From positions 120,342 through 184,341 of the IMG/VR virus record IMGVR_UViG_3300021426_000064: DNA of 64,000 bases, one strand, 5' to 3'. Source of the stretch: a virus (Duplodnaviria; Caudoviricetes). Within the stretch, counting starts at the first letter, position 1. The number at the start of each line of letters is the position of its first letter. A program made the position numbers and the translations under genes. The notes under the pieces are model-generated. The model ran no database searches. It was not told where the DNA came from and saw nothing but the letters and a program-made list of their open reading frames with translations. Shown one piece after another: positions 37,999-47,782 of this stretch.

Positions 37999-39573
37999 AT
38001 GCTTTTAGATGCTAAGCAAATGGATCCTAAATTTGAGCTTTGGTATAAGGAGTTCATGGGAACTCGTTTTCCTGAAATCGTTGATTATGAATTGGTCTTT
38101 AACGATAATGGATATGTGGCGGAACAGGACGAAAAGGGCCGCTACATTGTAAATATGGATAAGGGCGTTAATCTATTGATGAGTAAACTCCCGCAAAAAG
38201 TTAACGCATTCTATAAGAACAAGGCTGCTGGAGAACTGAATATCCATTGGGATGCAGCTGTTCGCAATTATAACCCAAACAAGAGTGGCGAGCAGATTTT
38301 GCGCGCAGGCCTTGAAGTTGGGGTATATAATCCCAAGAACTTGACGCCGGAACTGGTTATGCTTATTGCTCGCAGCGAAAAGCTCTCCCTGCAGAACTGG
38401 TGGGAAAATGGCGCCAAAGTTAAGGAAGTAAGCTATCTTAATGGCACGAAGGCAGAAGACTTCGCTGATTTGGAAGATTACTATATCACCAATATGAACT
38501 ATGCTTTTGCTGGCGCAAGTGAAGTAGAAAGCCTTCCTGAACTGGCTACCGAGAAAGACAATTCTCTTACCAGCTTGGCTTACGCCTTCGATGGCTGCGC
38601 AAAGCTGAAGGCTGTTCCGTCTATCGCAACCGTTGGTGTAACCGATATTGAAGGCGCATTTCGTGGATGCGAATCCCTGACAGATCTGAGCGGTATGGAT
38701 TTGAGCAATAGTTATATGATTGCTTACGCATTCAGTGGCTGTAAAAATCTGAAGAAGCTCCCGAATCTGTCTCGTTTAGCTACGGCAACTCCGAGCAGCT
38801 TTGTCGACGCTTTCCGTGGTTGCTCCAGCCTTCCGGCAGTGTTCCCTTATACGATTAACGTATCCAGCGTAACAAACCGCAACAACTTTGGCGGCATGTT
38901 CGAGGGCAGTTCCGTCAAGGAAATCACTGTTCGTTACGACGGTGAAGCTATCCCTGAATACATTTGCCCGCTCTTTATGGGTAGTGCATTGGAAAAAATC
39001 ACCATCGTGAATGCTCAGGGTGAGGTTCGTGAAGTTCGTACCCAGGCAAATAATCCGTCTATGATTTCTTACTTAGCTGCAGGAGATAGCAAACTGATTG
39101 TTCCGGCAGGTGTTTCTTCCATGAAGGTTGCTCTGGTATCTGGCGTAAGCTATAGCTATAGCACGGTAGATATCAAACACATCGCTGTTAAAAATAATCC
39201 GTCCTCGATTAAGCGCGGCGAAGAAGAAGTAATCACTTCTAACAAGGCAGCTGGAGAACGCGGTCATTACTTTGACTACATGGGCAGCCAGGAACAGCAT
39301 GGTGGTTTCCCGGCCATGTTTGATGCTCAATACGAAGACTATAGCAACGGTCAGGTTTATTGCTGCGGCGTAGGCGGCGGAAAGCAGCTCACAAAGTATT
39401 GCCATGCTTGGGGCGCATTGGAAAACAGCTTCGTACAGGATACGGTAGCAGTTACTCCGGGTGAAGAACTGACGATTAGCGTCGGCAATGGTAGCGCTTC
39501 TGGCGACTGCACGTTCAATAAGAAACCGGGCAATGGCTTGTATAATGGCTACGTTTTAGTAGAGTTCCAGTAA
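37999..39573 (+). CDS. LRR (BspA-like) virion adhesin with Gly-rich C-terminal domain
   Basis: YAF.GC..L..LP repeats; VPAGVSSMKV...VTPGE.LTISVG. Confidence 0.7.
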   Translation: MLLDAKQMDPKFELWYKEFMGTRFPEIVDYELVFNDNGYVAEQDEKGRYIVNMDKGVNLLMSKLPQKVNAFYKNKAAGELNIHWDAAVRNYNPNKSGEQILRAGLEVGVYNPKNLTPELVMLIARSEKLSLQNWWENGAKVKEVSYLNGTKAEDFADLEDYYITNMNYAFAGASEVESLPELATEKDNSLTSLAYAFDGCAKLKAVPSIATVGVTDIEGAFRGCESLTDLSGMDLSNSYMIAYAFSGCKNLKKLPNLSRLATATPSSFVDAFRGCSSLPAVFPYTINVSSVTNRNNFGGMFEGSSVKEITVRYDGEAIPEYICPLFMGSALEKITIVNAQGEVREVRTQANNPSMISYLAAGDSKLIVPAGVSSMKVALVSGVSYSYSTVDIKHIAVKNNPSSIKRGEEEVITSNKAAGERGHYFDYMGSQEQHGGFPAMFDAQYEDYSNGQVYCCGVGGGKQLTKYCHAWGALENSFVQDTVAVTPGEELTISVGNGSASGDCTFNKKPGNGLYNGYVLVEFQ

Positions 39574-39658
39574 GCACTCGCAAAAATAGCACATTTTGCA
39601 TAAACATCCTCTTTATGGTATACTATTTCGGTATATTTACAGAGAGGATGTTTTTGTT

Positions 39659-39880
39659 TTGGCAAAGAAGATCAACTATGACGAAAAAATTGCGGTATTG
39701 GAGCAGAAAATCGAAAAGAAGGCTGCTCAAATTTCTGCCCTAAAAAACGAGCTCAAAAAGTTGGAAGCAGAAAGCCGCAAGGAAAAATATGAAAGCATTA
39801 TCGAATTTATCGATAACAAGAGGTTGCCGCTGGATCAAGTCATGACAGCTCTTGAAATGGTAGCAGAAGATAATAAATAA
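39659..39880 (+). CDS. small coiled-coil protein
   Basis: TTG start after GAGGA; own promoter TTGCAT-17-TATACT at 39596-39624. Confidence 0.65.
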   Translation: MAKKINYDEKIAVLEQKIEKKAAQISALKNELKKLEAESRKEKYESIIEFIDNKRLPLDQVMTALEMVAEDNK

Positions 39881-39951
39881 CTATATAGAAGAAGTCTGTG
39901 ATTGGTTTTATCCTTTCGCGGGCTTCTTTTTTATTCATATTGCCGCTTTTC

Positions 39952-39987
39952 TAACTGTGGGTAAACAGTAAGACAATAGCACAGTTA
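39952..39987 (+). repeat. 36-bp site, copy 1 (TAACTGTG-N20-CACAGTTA)
   Basis: 32/36 identical to the reverse complement of 50329-50364. Confidence 0.85.
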
Positions 39988-40101
39988 CGATTCGAAACCG
40001 TAAAGTCAAATGCTCAACACAAAATAGCGTATCCACTTCAAGGTAATGTAACCAACGAAGAGCGGAATAGGCCGCTCTGGTATTAAGAAAGGCGGTTTTT
40101 A

Positions 40102-40716
40102 ATGTCTCACGTAGTAAGTAAATATGAACTGCAGCATGTAACCGTGGATGAGCTCCGTCAGATGGCATCTGACTGTAGAGAAAGCATCTGGGCTCAAGCG
40201 CAGTCTGTGGGTAGAGAACCTAAGCTCTATCTCCACTGGACGGCGGGCAGGTTTGGTCAGTTTTGGGACGATTATCATGTGCAGATAGATGGAGATGGAG
40301 AAATCTATGTCTATGGCTCATTGGATGATGTTCTTAGCCATACCTGGCGTCGCAATACCGGCAGTATCGGCATCACTCTTCTGGGTGCTTATGGTGCTAA
40401 CACAGAAGATTTGGGCGATTATGCTCCGACTGAAGCACAGATTGAATCTATGGCTCGTGCCGTAGAAGCTTTAGCCGATGGCCTGTGGCTTACCATCTCG
40501 AAAGAGTATGTCGCTACTCATGGCGAGGCAGCAGACAATGAATGCAACGACTGGTGCCATGAAAAGTATGGTCCTAAATCTACTTGTGAACGTTGGGATT
40601 TGGAATACCTGCAGACAGATGAAAGCCCGGAATTTAATCCCTGGGCAGAAGATGGCAGCCGTGGTGGCGATGTAATCCGTGGTAAGGCTAACTGGTATCG
40701 CAATCAGCGTGGTTAA
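40102..40716 (+). CDS. N-acetylmuramoyl-L-alanine amidase (Amidase_2)
   Basis: LYLHWTAG, YH..IDGDG.I, SHTWRRNTGSIGI, PTEAQIES, THGE. Confidence 0.88.
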   Translation: MSHVVSKYELQHVTVDELRQMASDCRESIWAQAQSVGREPKLYLHWTAGRFGQFWDDYHVQIDGDGEIYVYGSLDDVLSHTWRRNTGSIGITLLGAYGANTEDLGDYAPTEAQIESMARAVEALADGLWLTISKEYVATHGEAADNECNDWCHEKYGPKSTCERWDLEYLQTDESPEFNPWAEDGSRGGDVIRGKANWYRNQRG

Positions 40717-40730
40717 GAGGGGTAAACAAT

Positions 40731-41333
40731 ATGTCAGTATTTGACCTTTCCCATTGGCAACCGGCAGACCGCATTGCGGAGCTGGTCGAAGGCGGAAATT
40801 GCGACGGCGTTATCCTGAAGCTTGGGGAACGCAATGTAAAAACCGGTGAAATTGAACTTGATCCGATGTTTATCACTCATGTAAACGAGGCTGTTCGATT
40901 CGGTTTGCCGTACGGTATTTATATCATGGGACGCGCCAATAATGAAAATGAAGCTTTGGAAGAAGCTCAATGGGTAAACGATCGTGTTGCGGAGCTGTTA
41001 AACGGACAAGAACCGTCGCTGGGCACATGGTTTGACCTGGAACGGCCAGAAGTAAAACGGGATGGCGTTTATGAAGATTATCGTTTTGCAATTCTCCACT
41101 TAAGTGATTGGTGGGGTGGCAGCCATAAAATCGGTATCTACGCATCCTACTTATACTTTGAGGGCTATCTGGATATCGGTAATATGGCGGCAAACAGCAT
41201 CCCCGTCTGGAATGCCCAGTATGGTTTTGTAGATTCCATGCGCCAAAACTATCCATATATCAAAACAGTCTTGTGGCAGTTTACGAAAAACGACGATTAT
41301 CAGGATGAGAATGTGTGGTACGGCTGGTATTAA
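40731..41333 (+). CDS. GH25 lysozyme
   Basis: DLSHWQ, VILKLGE, WFDLE, W.AQY, WQFT, D.N. Confidence 0.88.
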   Translation: MSVFDLSHWQPADRIAELVEGGNCDGVILKLGERNVKTGEIELDPMFITHVNEAVRFGLPYGIYIMGRANNENEALEEAQWVNDRVAELLNGQEPSLGTWFDLERPEVKRDGVYEDYRFAILHLSDWWGGSHKIGIYASYLYFEGYLDIGNMAANSIPVWNAQYGFVDSMRQNYPYIKTVLWQFTKNDDYQDENVWYGWY

Positions 41334-41403
41334 GCCGCCCGCAAAATAATAAAAGCGCCCCGAATATGTGGGCGCCTATTTTGTAAAGAAGGGAAAAACA
41401 AGT

Positions 41404-41961
41404 ATGGATTTTCTAAAGAAACACAGTAAGACCATTATGGCCATAATCATTGTAGTATTAATAGCTGCGCTCATAAGGTTAACTTTTTTTAAAAAAATAC
41501 CCGAGCCGGAAATAGTAACCGTACCCGAGGTATCCCAAAAAAATCTCCAACAGTATTTCCCTATGGAGACAAAAGCTACTGTGAAAGATATGACGCACCA
41601 AATCCAGCGTGCAAAAGAAACTCAGACTCCGCAATACCACTATTATACCGCGACACAGCAAGAGGCGGATAATAAGGCCAAAGAGTATGGTAATGTGCAG
41701 AAGGCAGACAAAATCGTAAAAGAGACACATAAAGTTGAAGTCAAGGATGATAACGGCAATAAGACCCATGTTATCGAAAATGACTACTATGCGATTAATC
41801 TCGAACGAAAACACCGCATTAAAACCGGCGCGGCAATGATTGACCATGACGCTTATGTTACGGTCGGATATCAAAACCGGGATGTGGAATACAAGGCCTA
41901 CTACGCACCTACAGCCAATAAGGCGGGAGTTGGTGTAGAGGTTACAATTGCAAAATGGTGA
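41404..41961 (+). CDS. membrane-anchored lysis-cassette protein (spanin-like?)
   Basis: N-terminal TM; C-terminal beta strands ending VGVEVTIAKW. Confidence 0.6.
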   Translation: MDFLKKHSKTIMAIIIVVLIAALIRLTFFKKIPEPEIVTVPEVSQKNLQQYFPMETKATVKDMTHQIQRAKETQTPQYHYYTATQQEADNKAKEYGNVQKADKIVKETHKVEVKDDNGNKTHVIENDYYAINLERKHRIKTGAAMIDHDAYVTVGYQNRDVEYKAYYAPTANKAGVGVEVTIAKW

Positions 41962-41973
41962 GGAAAGAATACT

Positions 41974-42537
41974 ATGCTTAGAAGAATACCAGGATTAAGT
42001 AAAATGTTTAACGGCGGGACGCGTACAGTGGGTGATATGCCAAACCTTTTCCAGTTCCCGGAGTATGCGCCAGGAGACGCATTAAAACAGTATAAAGGTG
42101 GCGGCTCGTATCTGTTTAACGCTAAACTGCGGGAAGGGATTCCTCTCGACGCACAGGACAAGGCACTACAAAGAGGCTTAGATCGTGACCTGAACGCTCT
42201 ACCAGACTATCAGGAGCCGACATTCAGGTCGTATGATTTCCTTGACCAGGAAAGTTTAAGCGAATTTTTAGAGCAGCATAAACCCGGCCATATGGTGCAG
42301 TATCCTGCTTACACATCATCCGCCAAAAGTCCTAATGCATACTACGCTCCGAACGGAACGGGCATGCAGGCACTGATGAAAATTAATGGCAAACATGGAA
42401 AAGACTTAGCACACGTAGAATCCGCCTCAAACAATGAGCAGGAAGTGCTGTTTGGACGAAAATCTATGTTCAGGGTTAATAATATTGGGTATTCCCCTGA
42501 GATGAAGACTTATTTTGGCGAAATGGACGAAATATAA
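41974..42537 (+). CDS. R-S-E clade ADP-ribosyltransferase (VIP2/C3-like)
   Basis: N..LR, TFRS (R), YTSSAK (STS-like), NEQEVLF (ExE). Confidence 0.85.
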   Translation: MLRRIPGLSKMFNGGTRTVGDMPNLFQFPEYAPGDALKQYKGGGSYLFNAKLREGIPLDAQDKALQRGLDRDLNALPDYQEPTFRSYDFLDQESLSEFLEQHKPGHMVQYPAYTSSAKSPNAYYAPNGTGMQALMKINGKHGKDLAHVESASNNEQEVLFGRKSMFRVNNIGYSPEMKTYFGEMDEI

Positions 42538-43523
42538 TCCGCCACCAAACTTTTATACTTGTCAAGAACAGAGCATGATATATGGCTAGGTATCTCGTAT
42601 TGTGCTCCAAATATATTACCCGCAATGGAGGCAACGGTATCGCTGTCTCCATTTATATTTGCGGCGCGATTTATACAAGTATATATCCTATCGCCTGAGA
42701 GTATATGATAGAGAGCGAGGCCCAAAGCATTTGGTCCAATCCAGGCATCTCCAAAAGCGCCATAAAAAGTACGAAACGCAGATGTGCTTTTAGTATCGGC
42801 ACACGTTATGGCGTTGTATACGTAGTTATACGTTTCATTGAGGGGAAGCGTCATAAGTTCTCCAATACGTTCAAGATAGGACTTGTAAAATTCCAGGGCT
42901 GATAACAGAGCCGTTTTTACATCCATGTTATCACGAAGCAAGAAAAAGATAATTAGCGAAAATACGCCCGCGCTGCGCCATGCTTCTTTATGACCATGCG
43001 TAATTGCCGCGCACCGCATGGATAACTCAAAAACATATTCCGGCGGCTCGTTAATCAGAAAGCCGAACGGGGCAGAACGCATAACAGTGCCGTTACCCAG
43101 GCTATCGTTGTATTGTTTATCCAGTGTTCCCATGCAACCGGAGCGCAGGGAGTCAATACAGGCATGGCCGGGAGCCCGCATAGTATATAAATCATCTATC
43201 ATCCATAGCTCACCTACGTGGGCTATTTTTTCGTCTATGGCTCCGGGGCCATACTGCGTATTAAACCAACGGAGATATGATTCGTACATAATTTGCACAC
43301 GCTCATCCATCGATTTACCCTGACTGAGTGCTAACCCCTCAAGCGTAAACAATGTCATCTGGGTATCATCTGTGATGGCATCTCCTGGATTTAGCTCCTG
43401 CTTACCCTGCTCGCCATATTGCGATCTGATTTCATCCATAGTCATCATTTCTAGGTCAGAACCAAAAGCATCTCCATAGGCCCCGTATAAAATACATCGA
43501 TACATTCTATCCTGTTTAGTCAT
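42510..43523 (-). CDS. ADP-ribosylglycohydrolase (DraG/ARH family)
   Basis: GAYGDAFG, TDDTQM, GNGTVMR, ITHGH, GDSDT..SIAG. Confidence 0.92.
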   Translation of the reverse strand: MTKQDRMYRCILYGAYGDAFGSDLEMMTMDEIRSQYGEQGKQELNPGDAITDDTQMTLFTLEGLALSQGKSMDERVQIMYESYLRWFNTQYGPGAIDEKIAHVGELWMIDDLYTMRAPGHACIDSLRSGCMGTLDKQYNDSLGNGTVMRSAPFGFLINEPPEYVFELSMRCAAITHGHKEAWRSAGVFSLIIFFLLRDNMDVKTALLSALEFYKSYLERIGELMTLPLNETYNYVYNAITCADTKSTSAFRTFYGAFGDAWIGPNALGLALYHILSGDRIYTCINRAANINGDSDTVASIAGNIFGAQYEIPSHISCSVLDKYKSLVADYISSISPK

Positions 43524-43618
43524 AGCGACACCTCTTAAAAAATGATAAATTATGATATAATATTATGGCTACCGAACGGTGGCGGTTAATCAATGGCCCT
43601 GAGAAGGGGCGCCGGACG

Positions 43619-43687
43619 ATGAGTAAATATGTTTTTCATCTGATACTGATTTTAGTTCTCGCGCTTGTAAGCACCATAAAGGCATAA
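43619..43687 (+). CDS. type I toxin-like 22-aa hydrophobic peptide MSKYVFHLILILVLALVSTIKA
   Basis: RBS GAGAAGGGG; extended -10 TG.TATAAT at 43553-43561; predicted mRNA 5' end (GGCTACC..GGTGGCGGTTAATC) pairs with its 3' end (GACTGACCGTCACCGGTAGCC). Confidence 0.7.
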   Translation: MSKYVFHLILILVLALVSTIKA

Positions 43688-43780
43688 GAAAAGCCGCCTC
43701 TGGACTCGCAATCTTGTAGGCGGCGATTCTAATCGTTGTTCACATCTGTGGGACTGACCGTCACCGGTAGCCTTTTGGTA
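43686..43780 (-). ncRNA. antisense antitoxin RNA candidate
   Basis: Minus-strand promoter TTGATT-17-TATAAT (43814-43786); terminator GCCGCCT...AGGCGGC followed by TTTTCTT. Confidence 0.65.
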
Positions 43781-43885
43781 TGCATATTATACAACTTCAA
43801 GCTGATAAAATCAATACTACCGGTTGTCTCATCTGCTGGCTTTTGCAAGTCGCTCTTTCTTGGTGCCGGGATATATAAGCTACCC

Positions 43886-44128
43886 CTAAAAAAGTACTTC
43901 GTGTCTGTCGCACTGGCGGGCGAATGGATCTTCTATGTCGTATTGCTGCAACACCTCCAGTCGACACTCGCTCTTGTACCGCAAATCCTGATTTTCTAGC
44001 GACAAACGCTCTTTGTCTTGCCGTTCCCTGATAGTCAGGTAATAAACAGTGTTGACGGCAAGCGTACGAATGTCCTCCGTTGGTAGTTGTGTAATTTTCT
44101 CCATAATTCTTTCCTTAGAATCTTGCAC
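43886..44128 (-). CDS. hypothetical protein
   Basis: GTG start after AGGAGGT. Confidence 0.65.
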   Translation of the reverse strand: MQDSKERIMEKITQLPTEDIRTLAVNTVYYLTIRERQDKERLSLENQDLRYKSECRLEVLQQYDIEDPFARQCDRHEVLF

Positions 44129-44401
44129 AAAAATACCTCCTTTTTGTGCGCATAGCGTGGGTTTTCGCTATCGCGTAATCGAATTTAGCAACTTTGGCGA
44201 AGGCTAAATTTTCACATTGGTGTGAAATGAGATTACACATATATAGTAGCACAATGGCGTCAGAAAAACAATGTGTAATTTGAACCTTGCGATTAAGAAG
44301 CTAATGTGATAAAATGAAAGCAGATGCAAACAATGATGTGATATGCAACAACTTACATAAGACATTGTAATGTCTTTCATAGGAGGTGTCAAGAGAAAAT
44401 T

Positions 44402-44815
44402 ATGGATTTCGGAGAAAAGTTGAAAAAGCTGCGAAAAAAGAAGGGGTGGACACAGAGAGAAGTCGCAGATATGCTAAGTGTTTCCCCCAGGACTTATGCT
44501 TCGTACGAATTGGAAGGGCGCGAGCCGAAAGATATAGATAAATACTATGTCTTGGCAGAAATATTTGGAGTTTCAAAGGACTACTTTATAGAATCATCAA
44601 AAGGGATGGCAAAAATAAATTTAGGTGACTTATTTCCGGGGGTCGGCGCAACTGAAGTAACGGACGAGGTTAGGGCGAAAATGCTTACCGATGAACTTGT
44701 AACGCTGTTTATGAAGGGTGAGATGTCATCAAGGTTCAGAGATGACATCGCTGAACGGATCATGACTGCATATTGGGACGCAAAGAGAGGAGACGATATA
44801 CGTGTTAAAGGATGA
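44402..44815 (+). CDS. XRE-family HTH transcriptional regulator
   Basis: FGEKLKKLRKKKGWTQREVAD.L.VS..TY..YE..GREP. Confidence 0.9.
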   Translation: MDFGEKLKKLRKKKGWTQREVADMLSVSPRTYASYELEGREPKDIDKYYVLAEIFGVSKDYFIESSKGMAKINLGDLFPGVGATEVTDEVRAKMLTDELVTLFMKGEMSSRFRDDIAERIMTAYWDAKRGDDIRVKG

Positions 44816-45275
44816 CTTTGATAAACTCTTGCAAGATTTTTGTATTACATATTGGAAGAAACTATACGAATCCGTAAGAGAAAGTGCCAACGAACTAAAA
44901 ATAAATCGGGATATTACATTAGAAAAGCTTGATACGAACGGAATGGGATTGTTACGTAAGATGTCTGTCGGTCAACTTACTGAACATGAAAGGGTTATAT
45001 TAAAGGAGTTCCAAGAAGAAGCGTCAGAATATTTTGATGGAAAAAATACAGTAAATATATGGATTTTAATCAAAAGGACGAAAGGGAAGAATCGGTTGCA
45101 ATTCAAGACATTCGTTGGTATGGGGACGGAAGCAATTGAAAAGGCCCACGATTGGCTAGACGGAAAGACAGAAGAAAGGACAAGCGGTGACGGTGCCACC
45201 TATGTTAAGTCCTTAGATACAAAAGACGTTGTATATATAAAGCCGCTGCATGGGATTATTGCGCCATTTAAATAA
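44802..45275 (+). CDS. hypothetical protein
   Basis: 157 aa, overlaps the HTH gene end. Confidence 0.6.
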   Translation: MLKDDFDKLLQDFCITYWKKLYESVRESANELKINRDITLEKLDTNGMGLLRKMSVGQLTEHERVILKEFQEEASEYFDGKNTVNIWILIKRTKGKNRLQFKTFVGMGTEAIEKAHDWLDGKTEERTSGDGATYVKSLDTKDVVYIKPLHGIIAPFK

Positions 45276-45289
45276 AACAATAAGGAAAG

Positions 45290-46426
45290 ATGATGGAGAT
45301 GCTAAAACTAAAACAACAATGGCGTAGCTGCCTTGCGTCAGTGCTAATAGGAATATCGTGCATTATGCTTCCGGCGGTATCAGAAGCAGAAGTTGTTACC
45401 GTAGAAGCAGATGGCCAGTATATGCTTGGCGATGACGACAATATTTCTACCGCTAAAGAGCGTGCAAGGCAAGACGCGCTAAGAAGCGCCGCGGAAAAAG
45501 CCGGCGTTTTTGTCAAGTCGTATACAGAAACGCACAACATGGTTTTAACCAAAGACGATGTAATCGTTGTTTCCTCGAACTTGCTCAATGTGCAGCACGA
45601 ATCCATAACCAATGAAGTCGTCGGTGGTTTGGGATTCAAAGTCATTTGTCATGTGGTGGCAACTTTTGATACGAATAATATCGATATGACGCAAACGCTG
45701 AACACGCAGACAATGGCCATCAAGGAGAGGGATGACGCCATTGAGCGGCTAAACCGAGAAAACGCCCAACTGAAGGCGCAAATGTCTGCTCAGAACGCAG
45801 CCAAAATAAAAGAAAATGAAACTCTCTTCAAGATAAACCTGTATGAACGCGAGTTAATAAAAGAAGCGAATAAGAATAATATACACGAAGCCGGAAAATG
45901 GGCGGATAAACTCCGTGTTTTAGACCCGGACAATGATGTATATAGGTGTTTTACATACACTTTGATGGGCAAACAGGAGTGTGTAACAGAGTGTGACAAG
46001 TACCTGGCAACACACCCAGATGATTTCGTGGCAGAGATTTGTCGAATAAACGCGCTATGTAATATAAAAAATAACTTTCCAATGAACGATGCAGACAGAA
46101 AAGCCGTAAACCGTCTTGTTGAGCGAGCGAAGAAGATACTGCCGTTGGACGTTTACTACTCTTCGGTATCGCCAACTGTACTTAATAGAAGTAGTAGCGG
46201 CGAGCTGGGCCTCGTAGAAGGACCGAACGGCATTGTTATAAACGAACAGATATCTTTCCTGTTTGAAAACGTCTATGGCGTATACGTAAGAGACTTAACC
46301 GGTGTAGGAAGAAACAAAAAGAAGAGCGAAGTAATAATTACATACGCTAAGCATCCTGATGATGTTGACGGAAAAAAGTGTGACAAGGTGCTTGATAAAT
46401 ACGAGAAAATATATTCTTATCATTAA
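45290..46426 (+). CDS. exported protein with coiled-coil/TPR-like region
   Basis: Signal peptide (VSEA), EADGQY..GD...AKERA..DA.R.A.EKAGV.V.S. Confidence 0.65.
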   Translation: MMEMLKLKQQWRSCLASVLIGISCIMLPAVSEAEVVTVEADGQYMLGDDDNISTAKERARQDALRSAAEKAGVFVKSYTETHNMVLTKDDVIVVSSNLLNVQHESITNEVVGGLGFKVICHVVATFDTNNIDMTQTLNTQTMAIKERDDAIERLNRENAQLKAQMSAQNAAKIKENETLFKINLYERELIKEANKNNIHEAGKWADKLRVLDPDNDVYRCFTYTLMGKQECVTECDKYLATHPDDFVAEICRINALCNIKNNFPMNDADRKAVNRLVERAKKILPLDVYYSSVSPTVLNRSSSGELGLVEGPNGIVINEQISFLFENVYGVYVRDLTGVGRNKKKSEVIITYAKHPDDVDGKKCDKVLDKYEKIYSYH

Positions 46427-46623
46427 CCTGGCATGTAGTTAAGAACAAAACCTTACGGCTAATATGCGGCAGTCATTAAAAGCGATTGACATTATCAACC
46501 ATAATTAATCATTTCTGTAAAGATGGGAAGAGAAAAATGCCGAAAGGAAGAGAGGCGGCATTTTTCTCTCTAATCTAAAGAGGCTGATAATTAAGAAAAA
46601 GGAGAATAGTATAAAAAGAGATA

Positions 46624-46687
46624 ATATTGTAAATATATCCAACTGTGGTTAACCACAATTACACACAGTTAGATATATTTACAATAT
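46624..46687. repeat. 24-bp inverted repeat upstream of the recombinase (candidate recombination/binding site)
   Basis: ATATTGTAAATATATCCAACTGTG-N16-CACAGTTAGATATATTTACAATAT (1 mismatch); nested palindrome TGTGGTTAACCACA. Confidence 0.85.
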
Positions 46688-46740
46688 GAAAACCATATAC
46701 GGTTTTCAAGATGCGTACACCCTTCAAAATACAGAATATT

Positions 46741-46769
46741 TTGCTATTGCCTACTACTTGTAGTATAAT
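46741..46769 (+). promoter_or_regulatory. sigma70 promoter of the recombinase
   Basis: TTGCTA-17-TATAAT. Confidence 0.65.
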
Positions 46770-46791
46770 ATTTTAAAGGTGGTGATTTTGT

Positions 46792-47778
46792 ATGGCCAGC
46801 ATAGCTCCAGTACAAACTGAATTGGGATTTAAAACTCCCATGGATGAGAACCTGGTAACTCCAGATTACTTTGTAGCTTATTACCTGCAGTTCTTGCCGC
46901 GTTATATTGCTAACGGGCGCCCTACTGATGATACGCTGCGGGATTACAAAATTCATATAGACAGCTTTTTAAGATGGTGCGATGAACATAACCGGCATCC
47001 GCTATCCATTCATGATTACCAAATGCGTATGTATATGGAATGGATGGTAAACCATGAATACACCGATAACACCATCGCTATTAAACTGTCGGCAATTCGA
47101 GGGTTTTATCAGGCGGCGCTAAAAATCGGCCTCATAGAATTAAACCCGTGCGAAGATTTAAAAGCTGATAGAAAACTTGTCTGGGATGAAAAATTCCGCT
47201 TTTATTCTACGGAGCAAATAGAGATAATGAATGACTATATCAAAAATACCGCAATAAATGATTTTATTCGCTATAGAGATATGGCCATATTGTATCTGAT
47301 GGGTGTTGAAGGTTTGCGCAACGTAGAAGTTCACCGCCTTTGCGATGAAGATATTAACTGGGAATACGGTTCTATACTTATCAGAGGTAAGGAGCATAGC
47401 GGAATTATTTACCCATCTGAAGAAACTCTGGAGGTTCTCAGACGCTATATAGAAGCGCGGCCAGAAAATAAAAAAGAGGGGGCTTTCACCCCCACTATCA
47501 CATCTGACCATCGTCATAAATACAGAAGAATCTCTAGAAATGGTATACGCAATATCATGAATCGGATACTCGAAGGCTGCCAATTAAAACACCCAGGATA
47601 CTCCTGTCATATTCTGCGACATAGCTGTGGTACAAACCTTTATAATGAGACGAAAGACTTGCGGCTTGTGCAAGAACAACTTCGTCATAATGATCCGCAG
47701 ATGACGGCCAGGTATAGCCACGTTCATGAGCGTATGACTAGAAGAGCGACTTCTCGGTTGGCGCCGAAAATTGACTAA
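46792..47778 (+). CDS. XerC/D-like tyrosine recombinase
   Basis: SAM-like N-terminus, GLRNVE (R), RGK (K), HILRHS, LRH...MTARY (H, Y). Confidence 0.92.
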   Translation: MASIAPVQTELGFKTPMDENLVTPDYFVAYYLQFLPRYIANGRPTDDTLRDYKIHIDSFLRWCDEHNRHPLSIHDYQMRMYMEWMVNHEYTDNTIAIKLSAIRGFYQAALKIGLIELNPCEDLKADRKLVWDEKFRFYSTEQIEIMNDYIKNTAINDFIRYRDMAILYLMGVEGLRNVEVHRLCDEDINWEYGSILIRGKEHSGIIYPSEETLEVLRRYIEARPENKKEGAFTPTITSDHRHKYRRISRNGIRNIMNRILEGCQLKHPGYSCHILRHSCGTNLYNETKDLRLVQEQLRHNDPQMTARYSHVHERMTRRATSRLAPKID

Positions 47779-47782
47779 ACGT

